From Escherichia phage vB_EcoM_E9.1, in the sequence record PP886230: DNA of 64,000 bases. The stretch is one strand, 5' to 3'. The notes under the pieces were generated by a model. The model was given only the letters and a program-made list of their open reading frames with translations. It had not been told where the DNA came from and did no database searches. Position numbers and translations under genes: made by a program. Positions within the stretch are counted from its first letter, which is position 1. Each line of letters begins with the position of its first letter. Below, piece by piece: positions 19,988 to 30,626 of the stretch.

Positions 19988-22651
19988 TTATTGACATGCC
20001 TCTAAACGACGAGCCATTAACTCAGCACGGCGAGTAGTTTGGCGATACCAAGCTGAATTACGTATTTGAGCAGCAGCTTGTTTATAATTACCTTTAGCTA
20101 ATTCAGACAACATAGTTTTAAATTTAAGTACCCCACCTTTACCCATCTGGAATACCATTTGGCATAGTACTTGTTGAGCCAAATAAGGTGTTTTCATGTT
20201 GTATGAAGCATAAATTGATTTAGCATCATATATAGCTTTACTACTATCACGAACTAACATATCGTTGGCTTGCTGTTCAGTTATTCCATCTGAAAAGTTT
20301 TCACCACTAATAATTAAGTGACCATAACCAATAGTTGGATACCCACGACTATCCAAATAACGCCAGAATTTACCATTACGATAATATCCTTTTGCTTGTT
20401 GGTATTGTAATGTACCTTCATATTCTTTTAATTCAGAAATAAATTGTGCATCACCTGGAACAACTTTCCAATCGATTGCAGTTTTATCAACATTTCCAAT
20501 ATTATAGGTAGGTTGCTCCACCGGAGTTGTTGAAGCTCCACTTCTCTGTGTTCTTCTCCTACGAGGCACATGACGAGAACCACGTTGAGAATATCCAGTA
20601 CCTATCGTTTTGATTTTTGTTGTAACTACCAATTCATCACTATCAACTGAAGGTTGTACAACTGCTTTTGGAGCAGATTGATTAGTTGCTTGACCACCAA
20701 TTAATGTTTTATTCGCCGCATCAGACCCTGTTCCTGTTTGTGAAGCATAAAATAATCCTGGGTCAACAGAACCACTGAATCCAAGAACATTTGCTGATGT
20801 AACACGAATTTCAAACTGTATGACACCATTTGCTTTTCCAACAACTTGACCTTTTTGAACAACATCTTTGTTTAATAAATCAGATTGAATATTATAAAAA
20901 ATAGATTTATATCCAGACTTATGTTGTATTAAAAGAGCACCATTAGTAATTACTACCACACCACCATCTGGTGCAACTACATCACCTTTACATTGTATTT
21001 CCCAACCTGAACGGTCTGCCTTTCCTCCACTTTGTGTTGGAACACCTTTCCCCCAGTAACCATATTGTCGAATAGTGCCGCTACATGGCATTAACATATG
21101 TAAACCTTCATATGTAATACTATATCCAGTCATCCCAGGATCAGATGTCATCAAATCTTGTGATTGAACTTGTTCAGTTTCTGATGTATAGTTAACAAAC
21201 TGAACAGCTTCAGTGTCTTGTGCTACGGGTAATTCTGGTGATACATCATTTGCTGGTTGTGGTTGTACTGGTGATTCACTAGAACCACTTCCACCACCTT
21301 GTCTTGGTGGTTCAACATAACTACCATGATTTTCAGCGTTAACCCATGCAGCAATATCATGAATGTGTTCATTAAGACCAGCAGATGGTGTTCTAAAGTT
21401 TGGTGCAGTAAATTCAGCAGTACCGCTATTACCACCACTATTAACTGTTAATGTTTGACCACCACCACTAATAATTGCTGATGATGATCCAATTAGGTTT
21501 GCAGATGTTGCGGCAGAAATAGAAGCATTTGAACCAGCCGTAATATCAGTACTGCTACCACTTTGCATACGTAATGATGCAGCAGTAACTAAACGAAGGT
21601 CTGCCCCAGAATTAACAACAACTTGTCCACCAACTTTTGCATCAAGAGCACCAATTAGATCTAATTTAGTATTTGCACCAACTCGTGCATTGAAATCTTG
21701 TCCGGTTTCAATATTATATGAACGTCCAGCAGTAATATTAATATCTTGACCAGCACGAATATTAATATTCTTATCACAGTGCATGTCAATATCACCTTCA
21801 CCAGTGAATTTTATACGTGCAGTGCCATCACGGTTAATTAAAAGAACATCACCAGTAGCTTCTGATAAAAGAAGTTGTGCACCACTACGTGTTTTTATTA
21901 CGACACCTTCATTTTTACGAGAACCAACACGTGTATCGTTTACTGGGTTATTAAATTGTGTATCTTGATATCCATCTGGGTCTTGATCCCACGTTGGTGC
22001 TGTTAATTCCTCTTCAGTATATCCATCATCAATAATAAAACTATTACCACGTGGCGAAGACATACCATATACAGTACTGGTGGTTTGTCGAGTACTACTA
22101 CGATTCGCCAACCCAGCTTCTTCGTCATATAAAAGGTTTTGCTTTTTAAGACCTGCGATAATTGGAACGTTAGCATATTTGTCTTGCATATCGGTAGTGA
22201 TAGTGTTACGATCATAGTCAGTAACAGGAAGTGGCATATCAGTTCCACCATAATTACTTACTTCAGTTGCCATACCTGGAACCATAGTATTCATACGCTG
22301 GTCATATACACAACCAATCCAATATGCTTGGAATGTACGGGCTTGTGCAAAAATTACAACAACTGTACACCCTACGTCTGGTGGTACTGCCCAAAAACCG
22401 TATCCTTTTGGATATTGACCATATGCATCAGCACTTGGAATACCTGGTGTTTTACCAGCAAAAGGAGACATGTAAGATGCTTCTATCCATGATTCTTTTG
22501 AGTTTTTATCACTTTGAGAACCTTGTATCCAAACTTTCAGTTTTCCTGATTTAGTTGGATCTCTGTTATCCATAACAGTTGCTAACTGCGGATAAGATGG
22601 GTCAAAACGACCCAACTGCTGTTGTGCATACTTTTTACTTGTATCTGCCAT
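19988..22651 (-). CDS. 5: gp5-like baseplate central spike with C-terminal T4-lysozyme domain, 887 aa
   Basis: N-terminal OB-like region, central Gly/Ser/Thr/Asn-rich repeats suggestive of a beta-helix, a lysostaphin-like stretch lacking the HxH motif, and a C-terminal domain about 55-60% identical by eye to the adjacent standalone lysozyme. Confidence 0.7.
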   Translation of the reverse strand: MADTSKKYAQQQLGRFDPSYPQLATVMDNRDPTKSGKLKVWIQGSQSDKNSKESWIEASYMSPFAGKTPGIPSADAYGQYPKGYGFWAVPPDVGCTVVVIFAQARTFQAYWIGCVYDQRMNTMVPGMATEVSNYGGTDMPLPVTDYDRNTITTDMQDKYANVPIIAGLKKQNLLYDEEAGLANRSSTRQTTSTVYGMSSPRGNSFIIDDGYTEEELTAPTWDQDPDGYQDTQFNNPVNDTRVGSRKNEGVVIKTRSGAQLLLSEATGDVLLINRDGTARIKFTGEGDIDMHCDKNINIRAGQDINITAGRSYNIETGQDFNARVGANTKLDLIGALDAKVGGQVVVNSGADLRLVTAASLRMQSGSSTDITAGSNASISAATSANLIGSSSAIISGGGQTLTVNSGGNSGTAEFTAPNFRTPSAGLNEHIHDIAAWVNAENHGSYVEPPRQGGGSGSSESPVQPQPANDVSPELPVAQDTEAVQFVNYTSETEQVQSQDLMTSDPGMTGYSITYEGLHMLMPCSGTIRQYGYWGKGVPTQSGGKADRSGWEIQCKGDVVAPDGGVVVITNGALLIQHKSGYKSIFYNIQSDLLNKDVVQKGQVVGKANGVIQFEIRVTSANVLGFSGSVDPGLFYASQTGTGSDAANKTLIGGQATNQSAPKAVVQPSVDSDELVVTTKIKTIGTGYSQRGSRHVPRRRRTQRSGASTTPVEQPTYNIGNVDKTAIDWKVVPGDAQFISELKEYEGTLQYQQAKGYYRNGKFWRYLDSRGYPTIGYGHLIISGENFSDGITEQQANDMLVRDSSKAIYDAKSIYASYNMKTPYLAQQVLCQMVFQMGKGGVLKFKTMLSELAKGNYKQAAAQIRNSAWYRQTTRRAELMARRLEACQ

Positions 22652-22664
22652 AATATTTTATTCC

Positions 22665-24914
22665 TTAATCAACTATACTATCGTGACGTTTGAGTGCACG
22701 AATTACAATTGCAGCTTGAATTTGTTGTGTAAAAGAACCACCTGCACCAAAATCATGAACAATTTTATTAACACGATAAATTGTTTGGTTAAATGTGGTT
22801 GGTGTATTAATATCCAAAACACCAGTGTTATCATTTATTGATATTACTGGTTGTAATTTTAGTAATAGATACGCTTCAGATGTTATATAATTTGCTACAT
22901 GATAATCATCTGGGTTAATTTCCATATCTTCACCATTAATTACTTGTTCTAGATATTGTAAGTAAGAGTAATCACTCCACCCTAACCAGTACGGGTCACC
23001 TACTACACGCATATCGAGTTTACACAAAAAAGGTCTATTGTAATAATTGTCACGTATTTTACGTCTATCCATTTCATATGTGCTGCTGTTATCGTTTAAC
23101 GAAGCGGATAAAGTTGTTTCATTGTTAGTTGCTTCGGTTGGCATTGTGAACACTTCACCATAACGGTGACCAACACCATCAGTGCCACCATCGTTTTCTT
23201 CATAAGTGGTTACATAATCTTCAATATATTGAGGTAAAACATTGACTTGATAGTTATTATAACGGTCTTGTTCTTCTGCGTTACCAACCTGCATTTGATT
23301 TTTTGCTAAAGTTTCAACTTCAGTTAACAATTGTTGTTGGGCTTGTGTTAACATCCCTCCTAAATCACGAGTTACACGTAAATCACTTGTTTTTGCCCAT
23401 GCGTCTGGTATACTATTGTATTGTACACCTTGAATATTGAGTTCTTGGGATGTATGTGTACCTGCATGGTTCGCTACATCTTGTATCGGACCAGGGTTAC
23501 GTGTAGTGGCTACGAAAAATTGCTGATCAAATTTCAAATCCAAATCAAGTATCTCACTATTAAGCCCACTAAATTGATAATTATAAGTTTTCATGTTTAT
23601 TTTTGGTTTTTGATCATTAGGATCTACGTATTTTTCTGCGTTCTCAAAAAAGTACTCAAATGTGAAATTTTCAGGTTGTAAATCCGATTCATGAACAATA
23701 TCACCTATTTTAAATCTAACAATATAAAAAATTACTTTATAAACAGAAGTATTACGATAATTATCAAAACCAACGTATTGTTTAACTGGTATAATGTTTA
23801 CAAATTGACGCACACTAGTACTATCATCGGCTTGTACAGTACATGTATCAATAACGTCATCAATAATTCGAGATATAGGAGTACTTGGGTTCCATGAAAA
23901 GTTTTTAGAACCTTGTGCACCACTTTTAGTTGTTCCGGCCTCTGCCATTTGTTTAGAATCATAGTTTATAAACAAATCTTGCAAATCAGGTGCTACTTTA
24001 AATTCGAAAAATTTACCTTCGGATAATTCACCAAATTTATATCTAAGATAACCATATTGTTGGTCAGCCATCTGATTTAATTTATCTTCTAAATCAAAGC
24101 AGAAGTCACCAAAGTTTTCAGCAGTACAATTGAATGGTTCTTTTAAGGTCCATTCAATGTTATCAACTAAAGCTGCTCTATTATGAACTAAGTTCATAGT
24201 ATACATCATAGTACTACCACTTTGTGAAGCACTTGCAGTAACACTATTAATTTTAACTGACCAGCGTCTTGTTGTTTCTGGGATAATTTCAGGTATTCCA
24301 TTTTTATTAAAGCCAATAAACTTTAATTCCAAGATCAATGGCAAGTCCATAAATTTATGATATCTAAGTTTGTTACTTAACGAAATTAATTCATCATATA
24401 GACTCATACTATTATTTTCAGACATATTAAGTACTGCTGTATTAAAACAATAGTTTGTTGTCATTCCTGGTGTTGAAGGTCCAGCTTGTGTCATTTGTAC
24501 ACTAGTGATATTATATTTGCCAGTAACACCACTTTCTGATATCACATGTCGTTGCACTTCTGCATCTGGGTAAAGCCAAAAGTTTTTAAAATCATCTTTA
24601 TCTAAGGCAAATAAACAAAAGTGCCAAGTTGGGTTATCATATTTCAATAATTTATTGTCATACGGTATTACAAACTGACTTAAATCGAGATCTTCATAAA
24701 CTTGATCAACACTAGCACTTTGTTTTGGTAATGATACTACATTACTTACATTTGCTTTGTAATTATTTTTTGTAATAGTTTTTACATCATTTTGTAATGT
24801 ATTTGCTGTAGCTTTCAAACTATCAAGTGCATTAGATGTAGTGGTTTTAGCCTTACCAGTAATACTTGTAATATCATTTTGAAAATTATCAACTGTACTT
24901 CGTAAATCTGCCAT
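22665..24914 (-). CDS. hypothetical baseplate/tail-associated protein, 749 aa
   Basis: Long ORF directly upstream of the gp5-like gene in the same operon; function not recognised. Confidence 0.5.
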   Translation of the reverse strand: MADLRSTVDNFQNDITSITGKAKTTTSNALDSLKATANTLQNDVKTITKNNYKANVSNVVSLPKQSASVDQVYEDLDLSQFVIPYDNKLLKYDNPTWHFCLFALDKDDFKNFWLYPDAEVQRHVISESGVTGKYNITSVQMTQAGPSTPGMTTNYCFNTAVLNMSENNSMSLYDELISLSNKLRYHKFMDLPLILELKFIGFNKNGIPEIIPETTRRWSVKINSVTASASQSGSTMMYTMNLVHNRAALVDNIEWTLKEPFNCTAENFGDFCFDLEDKLNQMADQQYGYLRYKFGELSEGKFFEFKVAPDLQDLFINYDSKQMAEAGTTKSGAQGSKNFSWNPSTPISRIIDDVIDTCTVQADDSTSVRQFVNIIPVKQYVGFDNYRNTSVYKVIFYIVRFKIGDIVHESDLQPENFTFEYFFENAEKYVDPNDQKPKINMKTYNYQFSGLNSEILDLDLKFDQQFFVATTRNPGPIQDVANHAGTHTSQELNIQGVQYNSIPDAWAKTSDLRVTRDLGGMLTQAQQQLLTEVETLAKNQMQVGNAEEQDRYNNYQVNVLPQYIEDYVTTYEENDGGTDGVGHRYGEVFTMPTEATNNETTLSASLNDNSSTYEMDRRKIRDNYYNRPFLCKLDMRVVGDPYWLGWSDYSYLQYLEQVINGEDMEINPDDYHVANYITSEAYLLLKLQPVISINDNTGVLDINTPTTFNQTIYRVNKIVHDFGAGGSFTQQIQAAIVIRALKRHDSIVD

Positions 24915-24925
24915 ACGTTACTCCA

Positions 24926-25240
24926 TTAGCCTATGTTTCGAGTACCATTAAGATAATTCTGTACTCTTTGATTTGCTGGTATTCTAATTGTTACTCCACT
25001 TTTAAAATTATATATAGGATCTTCTCCTAGTATATCTGGATTTAACAATGCGAAAATATAATATAAGCGTTCATTACCATACATTTCGTATGCTAAACGC
25101 CAAGGTTGATATTCATATTTCAATGGGATCTCATAAAAATCATCAGTATCAGCCGGAACAATATCACGTGGTAAATTATACCCAAGATACCATGTTTGTT
25201 TCACCTTAGCGTAAGGTGAGTATTGACTATAGTTGGACAT
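24926..25240 (-). CDS. hypothetical protein, 104 aa
   Basis: Track ORF in the structural operon; 4-nt overlap with the upstream gene suggests coupling. Confidence 0.5.
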   Translation of the reverse strand: MSNYSQYSPYAKVKQTWYLGYNLPRDIVPADTDDFYEIPLKYEYQPWRLAYEMYGNERLYYIFALLNPDILGEDPIYNFKSGVTIRIPANQRVQNYLNGTRNIG

Positions 25241-25971
25241 TAAATGAATCCTCCTTTACGTAATAGTTCACCACGTTTGAATGCATTGAGGTTGAACGTT
25301 TTAGTCATATAATCCGATGTTGGTTGTTCTTCAAGTTGTAACATAACTGAGATTTTTTGTGGAACCCAAACTTCATCTTGTGGGTTCATATATCCAGTAC
25401 TTCTAAGTTGTTCGAAGAATTTTCTACTATCCATGTCGGATAAATTAAAAGTACTATCGCTACTATTCAACGGAACTTGAATATAAGAAACATCATTTGG
25501 GTAAGTAAAATTATAAGATTTTAAAATAACAGGAATATCATTATATGTATAACGACCATATCCACTTAGAAGTAAGATTGGTGGTGGTGCACCTGCAATT
25601 GCGAGTTCGGGGTTATTAGCCGAAGCAGCTTGTCTACCAAAATCCATCAACGAAACAGAACGTATAAAATGAACACATGCCAACGCATACATAGCTTCTG
25701 CTGCGGTATTCGCATAAAATTCACCCTGAATCGTGAAAACTGTATTAGTAGTGTTCTTATAGTTGTTATAGTTACTGTTAGTATGTATAGGGGACTGTGT
25801 TTCATACTGAATTGACCTTTGTTCAGTAATTGTTGGTGTTACAGTCCAAACCAACCCATTAGTTGGACGCAGAAACGAAAGTAGAGTTGGTTCGGAGCTA
25901 TCTCCAAAATCACCATATACATAGTTAGCACCTGCGGCTTTAGGTCGTAATCGAATTCTACGATCAATCAT
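25240..25971 (-). CDS. hypothetical structural protein, about 243 aa
   Basis: Track ORF starts at a TTG (26061); the internal ATG at 25971 has a GGAG SD and leaves room for the divergent promoter region. Confidence 0.5.
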   Translation of the reverse strand: MIDRRIRLRPKAAGANYVYGDFGDSSEPTLLSFLRPTNGLVWTVTPTITEQRSIQYETQSPIHTNSNYNNYKNTTNTVFTIQGEFYANTAAEAMYALACVHFIRSVSLMDFGRQAASANNPELAIAGAPPPILLLSGYGRYTYNDIPVILKSYNFTYPNDVSYIQVPLNSSDSTFNLSDMDSRKFFEQLRSTGYMNPQDEVWVPQKISVMLQLEEQPTSDYMTKTFNLNAFKRGELLRKGGFI

Positions 25972-26017
25972 CTTTTTGATTCTCCATAATAAGGGAACAT
26001 TTGATGTATTTATACGT

Positions 26018-26045
26018 GGGACAAACTGCTTTTTGGTGCTATAAT
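26018..26045 (+). promoter_or_regulatory. early sigma70-like promoter (GGGACA-N16-TGcTATAAT)
   Basis: GGGACA 26018-26023, 16-nt spacer, TGc-TATAAT ending 26045; upstream of the gp55-like gene. Confidence 0.5.
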
Positions 26046-26102
26046 AACATTGATGGTACAAGGATTGTACCTATTGGATTTAAACATGGAGAGTAAAATA
26101 CA

Positions 26103-26942
26103 ATGACAAATAGACCAAAGCGTAAAAAGTATCTCAATAATGCTGATTTACTTCGTGAAATACAAAAAAGTAAAATTTCATATTGCTGGTTATTAGACAA
26201 ATCATATAGTATGTATGATTATATTGTTTTTCATGAGTCAGAAATTACTGCTGAGTTACTAGAAAAAGCTAAGGCAGCCCGAATTAAACGACTGAACAAT
26301 GAAATGCTTGATAGTATTCGTGAAAAGGAAAATATGAGTGCTAAAAAAGCTAAAGAATATGCAGATGAACACAATTTAGTTATCACTGACGTTCCAATTG
26401 ATGAAGTTGTTATTCGTGTTATTACAGATGAACATATTCCACCAGATACTAGAGTTAACTTTGAACCATTCAAGCATTATATTGTAGATAATGAAGGTAT
26501 TCTCTATGAAGTTTGTCGTTCTCACTGGAAAGGCGACCTTGAAACTGGTGAATTCAGTACTGTTCATGGTAAAATTACAAATGAACTTGGGAAGATGTTC
26601 ATTAAACTTGCAGAGGAAATCTCACACAAATCTAATTACAGAAACTATACATACTTAGATGAAATGATGGGTGATGCAAGAATACAATTAGTTAAAAACG
26701 CACTTCTCTTTAAAGAGAGCATTCTTTATAAAAAAGATAAACCAGCAGTTCAGCTAAATCCTTTCTCTTACTATACATCATTCGTAAACAATAGTTTTCG
26801 TTCTATATTGAATAGTGAGAAAAATGTTCGAAATATACGTGATGATTTACTTGAAATGCATGGCTTTACGCCATCACATACACGTCAAATTGAAATTGAA
26901 TTGAACATGATTGAAAGGAAAAATGAAGATGGCTCTGTTTGA
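26103..26942 (+). CDS. 55: gp55-like late sigma factor, 279 aa (longer than T4 gp55)
   Basis: N-terminus KRKKYLNNADLLREIQ resembles T4 gp55 KPKYNYVNNKELLQAI as recalled; sits upstream of gp47/gp46 as in T4. Confidence 0.55.
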   Translation: MTNRPKRKKYLNNADLLREIQKSKISYCWLLDKSYSMYDYIVFHESEITAELLEKAKAARIKRLNNEMLDSIREKENMSAKKAKEYADEHNLVITDVPIDEVVIRVITDEHIPPDTRVNFEPFKHYIVDNEGILYEVCRSHWKGDLETGEFSTVHGKITNELGKMFIKLAEEISHKSNYRNYTYLDEMMGDARIQLVKNALLFKESILYKKDKPAVQLNPFSYYTSFVNNSFRSILNSEKNVRNIRDDLLEMHGFTPSHTRQIEIELNMIERKNEDGSV

Positions 26943-27960
26943 TAAAGCAATTACATTCACTGATATTCATTTAGGTTTAAAGAATAACAGCAAGCAACAC
27001 AATGAAGATTGTTTAAACTTCATTAAATTCATGATTGAGGTAGCTAAAAAAAATAATATCAAAGTTTGTGTTTTTATGGGAGATTATTTTCATAATAGAA
27101 GTAATATCAATATCCAAACACTAAACTATGGTTTACAAATTCTTCAATTATTAAATGATAATTTTGAAAAAGTATATTTTTTAGTAGGCAACCATGATAT
27201 GTATCATAAAAACAAACGTGATATAACAAGTATCAATATGGCTCAAGTTTATGAAAATATAGAATTCATTAATGAAATTACAACATTTGATGATTGTACT
27301 TTCATTCCATTTATGATTGAAGATGAATATAAGTTGTTACCTCAACTAAAAAGTAAGTATGTTTTTGGTCACTTAGAGTTACCAGGTTACTTGCTTAACA
27401 AGATGGTAGAAATGCCTGATCATGGAAAAGAAACAGAAGGTTCTTTTGGTGGTTGTGAGTATGTTTTTAGTGGGCATTTTCATAAAAGGCAGTCAAAAAC
27501 AACTTCAAAAGGAACTCGTGTAGTTTATACTGGTAATTGTTTTCCACATAATTTTTCCGATACATGGGATGATGCAAGAGGTGTGATGATTCTTGAACAT
27601 GGAAAAGAACCTATTTTCAAGTCATGGGATAATGCACCAAAATATAGAACATTCACACTTTCTGAATTGTTGACTGATCCAAGCTATTATCTACAAGATA
27701 ACACAATATCAAAAGTTCAAGTTGATATATCAATAACAACAGATGAGATTAGTTTTATTCGTGATACATTTACTAAACTTTACAACATTAGAGAGTTTAA
27801 TGTTGTAACGAGCAAGCAAAGTATCGCAGAATTAATTGAAGATGGTGTTAGTTTTGAAAGTACTGAATCAGTTGATGAGATAGTTTTACAGCAAATTATG
27901 GAAATTGATTCACCAATGTTTGATAAAAATCTTCTAATCCAAATTTACAGATCGTTATAA
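26929..27960 (+). CDS. 47: gp47 Mre11-like recombination nuclease
   Basis: Calcineurin-like phosphoesterase motifs TDIHLG, GDYFH, GNHD, GHLEL, SGHFH. Track start 26911 overlaps the gp55 gene; ATG 26929 preferred. Confidence 0.85.
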   Translation: MALFDKAITFTDIHLGLKNNSKQHNEDCLNFIKFMIEVAKKNNIKVCVFMGDYFHNRSNINIQTLNYGLQILQLLNDNFEKVYFLVGNHDMYHKNKRDITSINMAQVYENIEFINEITTFDDCTFIPFMIEDEYKLLPQLKSKYVFGHLELPGYLLNKMVEMPDHGKETEGSFGGCEYVFSGHFHKRQSKTTSKGTRVVYTGNCFPHNFSDTWDDARGVMILEHGKEPIFKSWDNAPKYRTFTLSELLTDPSYYLQDNTISKVQVDISITTDEISFIRDTFTKLYNIREFNVVTSKQSIAELIEDGVSFESTESVDEIVLQQIMEIDSPMFDKNLLIQIYRSL

Positions 27961-27968
27961 GGGACTAT

Positions 27969-30116
27969 ATGCTAAACATTACACGTATATCTATGAGGAA
28001 CTTCTTTTCATTTGGTAATGCACCACAATCAATTGATTTGAATGGTTCCGACATTTCATTAGTACTGGGTCAAAATAATGATGCAGTTATTGAAGGTGGT
28101 GACAGCACCGGACGTCGAAATGGTGTCGGGAAAAGTGCTATTATTCAAGGATTAGTTTTTGGATTATTTGGTAAAAGTATTGGTAATGATATTAAAATTC
28201 CGAACCTAGTCAATAAAACTAATGGCAAAAATTGTGAAGTAGTTGTAGAGTTTGAAAAAGATGGTGTACAATATCTGGTTGAACGTGGGAGAAGTCCCAC
28301 GTATTTCAATTTTGTTACTTTAGGTAAAGATAATAAAATTGAAGATGAATCAAGGGGAGAAAAGAAAGACACACAAGAAGATTTGAATGAAATTCTTGGT
28401 ATATCTCAATTATTATTTGAACATATTGTAGTACTGAATGCTAACGTTGAACCTTTCTTAGCTTTATCCACACAAAAACAACGTGATATGATAGAAGAAC
28501 TTCTTGGAATAACACAGTTGACGGAAAAAGCTGAAATGCTAAAGGAGATGTATAAGGATACTAAACGTTTAGCCGAACAAGAAAAGTTCAAAAATGAAAC
28601 TGTAGCTGCAAGTAATGAACGTATTCAAAAAAGTATTGAGACACTACAAGAACAGGCAAACCAGTTTGAAATTGATAAAAATAATAGAGTATCTAAGTTA
28701 AATGAAGAGTTGAATATATATAAAACTTTAGACTTTAATGACCTCTATGAAGCTGCTGATATAAAAGAGAAAGCTCTTATTCATAACGCAAAGCGTGGGG
28801 AAATCGAACGCCGTGTACAAGAGTTGGCTTTAAAATTTGATGCATATGACCGTGAACTTGAAAGATCTAAAAGAGCATTAAATCTAAGCATTGATAAGCT
28901 AAAAACTATTGATATTAGTGCAGAATTGGAAAATCATAATGAGTTGGAGATATGGAAACAGTTAGAGGGTATTCTAAAAGAGAATAATAACCAAAAACGT
29001 TTCAAAGAACAAAAACTAAACTCACTAAAAATAGCTTTAAAAGGATATGAATGTTCAATTAATGCTGAAATTGACAAATTATCAACAGTTGAAAACAGCA
29101 AATGTCCACTTTGTATGTCTGAATTAGAACATAACGAACATACTTCTTCAATTAAAGACAAAATCCAAAGTACTATTAATGATCTTCAAGCTAAAATTGA
29201 TAGTTCTTCTTCTGAAATTGAAACATTACTTCAAGAAATTGATAGTATTGAGATTTTTGATATGCCACCTAAGCCTGTGACATATTATAATACACTTTCA
29301 GAAGCACAAATGCATGAACATAAGCTTCAAGAATTGGTCAGAAAGAGTGAAGAAGAACAAATAAACATCTATGCAAATGAACTTATGTCATCATATGATG
29401 AACTTAACTCATATGAACTAATGGAAGTTCCAGATACATTAAACAAATATGAAGTTAAAGAGTTAGAAATGACTGTAAATTCATTATCACAGCAATTAGA
29501 TCGTGAATTGAAGACTACTAACACATTTATTAGCCAAATTAATACCCTGAAGACTGATTCTTTAGTACCAATCGATTATAGCGACTATAATAATCTTGAT
29601 AAAATGTCAAATCACCAAGATTTCTTGGTTAAATTACTTTTAAACAAGGATTCTTATGTCCGTAAACGTATTATTGAGCAAAATATCTCATATTTGAATA
29701 CACGACTTCAGTACTATATCGATATGTGCGGTTCTGAGCATAATGTTGTGTTTTTGAATGATTTGAGTGTTGAAATTGAGAAGAGTGGACAGTACTTTGA
29801 CTATAAACAGCTTAGTAGAGGTGAGCGTACAAGGGTAAACATCGCATTATCTTGTGCTTTCCGTGATACATATGAGTCATTATACCAAAGTATTAATATT
29901 CTTATCATTGATGAGATGATTGACCAAGGTCTTGACTCAAGTGGTGTTCTACGTGTGTGGTCTATCTTCCAAGATATGGCTGCTGTACGTGGTAAGAACG
30001 TTTATGCTATTTCCCACAGAGAAGAGTTACTATCTAAGACTGAAAAAATCCTCAAAGTTGTTAAAGAGGACGGTTTCAGTACTGTTGAATATGCAACCCT
30101 TGACGATGTTTTCTAA
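27969..30116 (+). CDS. 46: gp46 Rad50/SbcC-like ATPase
   Basis: Walker A RRNGVGKSAI, long central coiled-coil-like region, Walker B ILIIDEMIDQGLD; directly follows the gp47-like gene. Confidence 0.85.
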   Translation: MLNITRISMRNFFSFGNAPQSIDLNGSDISLVLGQNNDAVIEGGDSTGRRNGVGKSAIIQGLVFGLFGKSIGNDIKIPNLVNKTNGKNCEVVVEFEKDGVQYLVERGRSPTYFNFVTLGKDNKIEDESRGEKKDTQEDLNEILGISQLLFEHIVVLNANVEPFLALSTQKQRDMIEELLGITQLTEKAEMLKEMYKDTKRLAEQEKFKNETVAASNERIQKSIETLQEQANQFEIDKNNRVSKLNEELNIYKTLDFNDLYEAADIKEKALIHNAKRGEIERRVQELALKFDAYDRELERSKRALNLSIDKLKTIDISAELENHNELEIWKQLEGILKENNNQKRFKEQKLNSLKIALKGYECSINAEIDKLSTVENSKCPLCMSELEHNEHTSSIKDKIQSTINDLQAKIDSSSSEIETLLQEIDSIEIFDMPPKPVTYYNTLSEAQMHEHKLQELVRKSEEEQINIYANELMSSYDELNSYELMEVPDTLNKYEVKELEMTVNSLSQQLDRELKTTNTFISQINTLKTDSLVPIDYSDYNNLDKMSNHQDFLVKLLLNKDSYVRKRIIEQNISYLNTRLQYYIDMCGSEHNVVFLNDLSVEIEKSGQYFDYKQLSRGERTRVNIALSCAFRDTYESLYQSINILIIDEMIDQGLDSSGVLRVWSIFQDMAAVRGKNVYAISHREELLSKTEKILKVVKEDGFSTVEYATLDDVF

Positions 30117-30127
30117 TTAAAGATAAA

Positions 30128-30150
30128 GGGAGCCTTAGCTCCCTTTTTTT
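30128..30150 (+). terminator. intrinsic terminator
   Basis: GGGAGC-ctta-GCTCCC followed by T7. Confidence 0.6.
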
Positions 30151-30626
30151 ATATCAACCATATTTAATTTACCGTCCTTAATCAGCTTTCTAGCTTGCTT
30201 TACACGAGCAGTAGTGTTACTACCAGGGACAACTCCTAACCCTTCCAGAATCGCGTTTTGCTGTGTTGCTGGAAGCCTTTTAAACTTATTAACATCCACA
30301 GTTAGTGCAGTGTGATGTATAACTTGTTCATCGTCAGGAATGCTGTTATTACGCTCTAAGTAATCAGCAAGATTTCTGAGTACCTCATATAATGGTTTAT
30401 CAGTTAAGTGCTTCATATATCGATTGAAGCTGTTTTGTACCTTTCCTTCCCAAGCATTGACTTCATTTTGAAGAACTTGTCTACAATGTTGGTTACCATA
30501 GTGGTAGTGATCCAGTACTGGTTTAGTTATTGGTTCTTTAATTATAGGATCTATTCCATTTTGTTTCTTTAGCAATTCGTTTCGATAGTTTGCAGCATCC
30601 TTACTATCTTTTAATCTTTTTTTCAT
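30135..30626 (-). CDS. endonuclease VII (gp49)-like His-Me finger protein lacking the four zinc-ligand cysteines
   Basis: LDHYH...RQVLQNEVNAWEGKVQNSFNRY aligns with the T4 endo VII LDHDH...RGLLCNLCNAAEGQMKHKFNRSG region as recalled. Minus-strand TATAAATA at plus coordinates 30657-30664, about 30 nt upstream of the ATG. Confidence 0.5.
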   Translation of the reverse strand: MKKRLKDSKDAANYRNELLKKQNGIDPIIKEPITKPVLDHYHYGNQHCRQVLQNEVNAWEGKVQNSFNRYMKHLTDKPLYEVLRNLADYLERNNSIPDDEQVIHHTALTVDVNKFKRLPATQQNAILEGLGVVPGSNTTARVKQARKLIKDGKLNMVDIKKGS

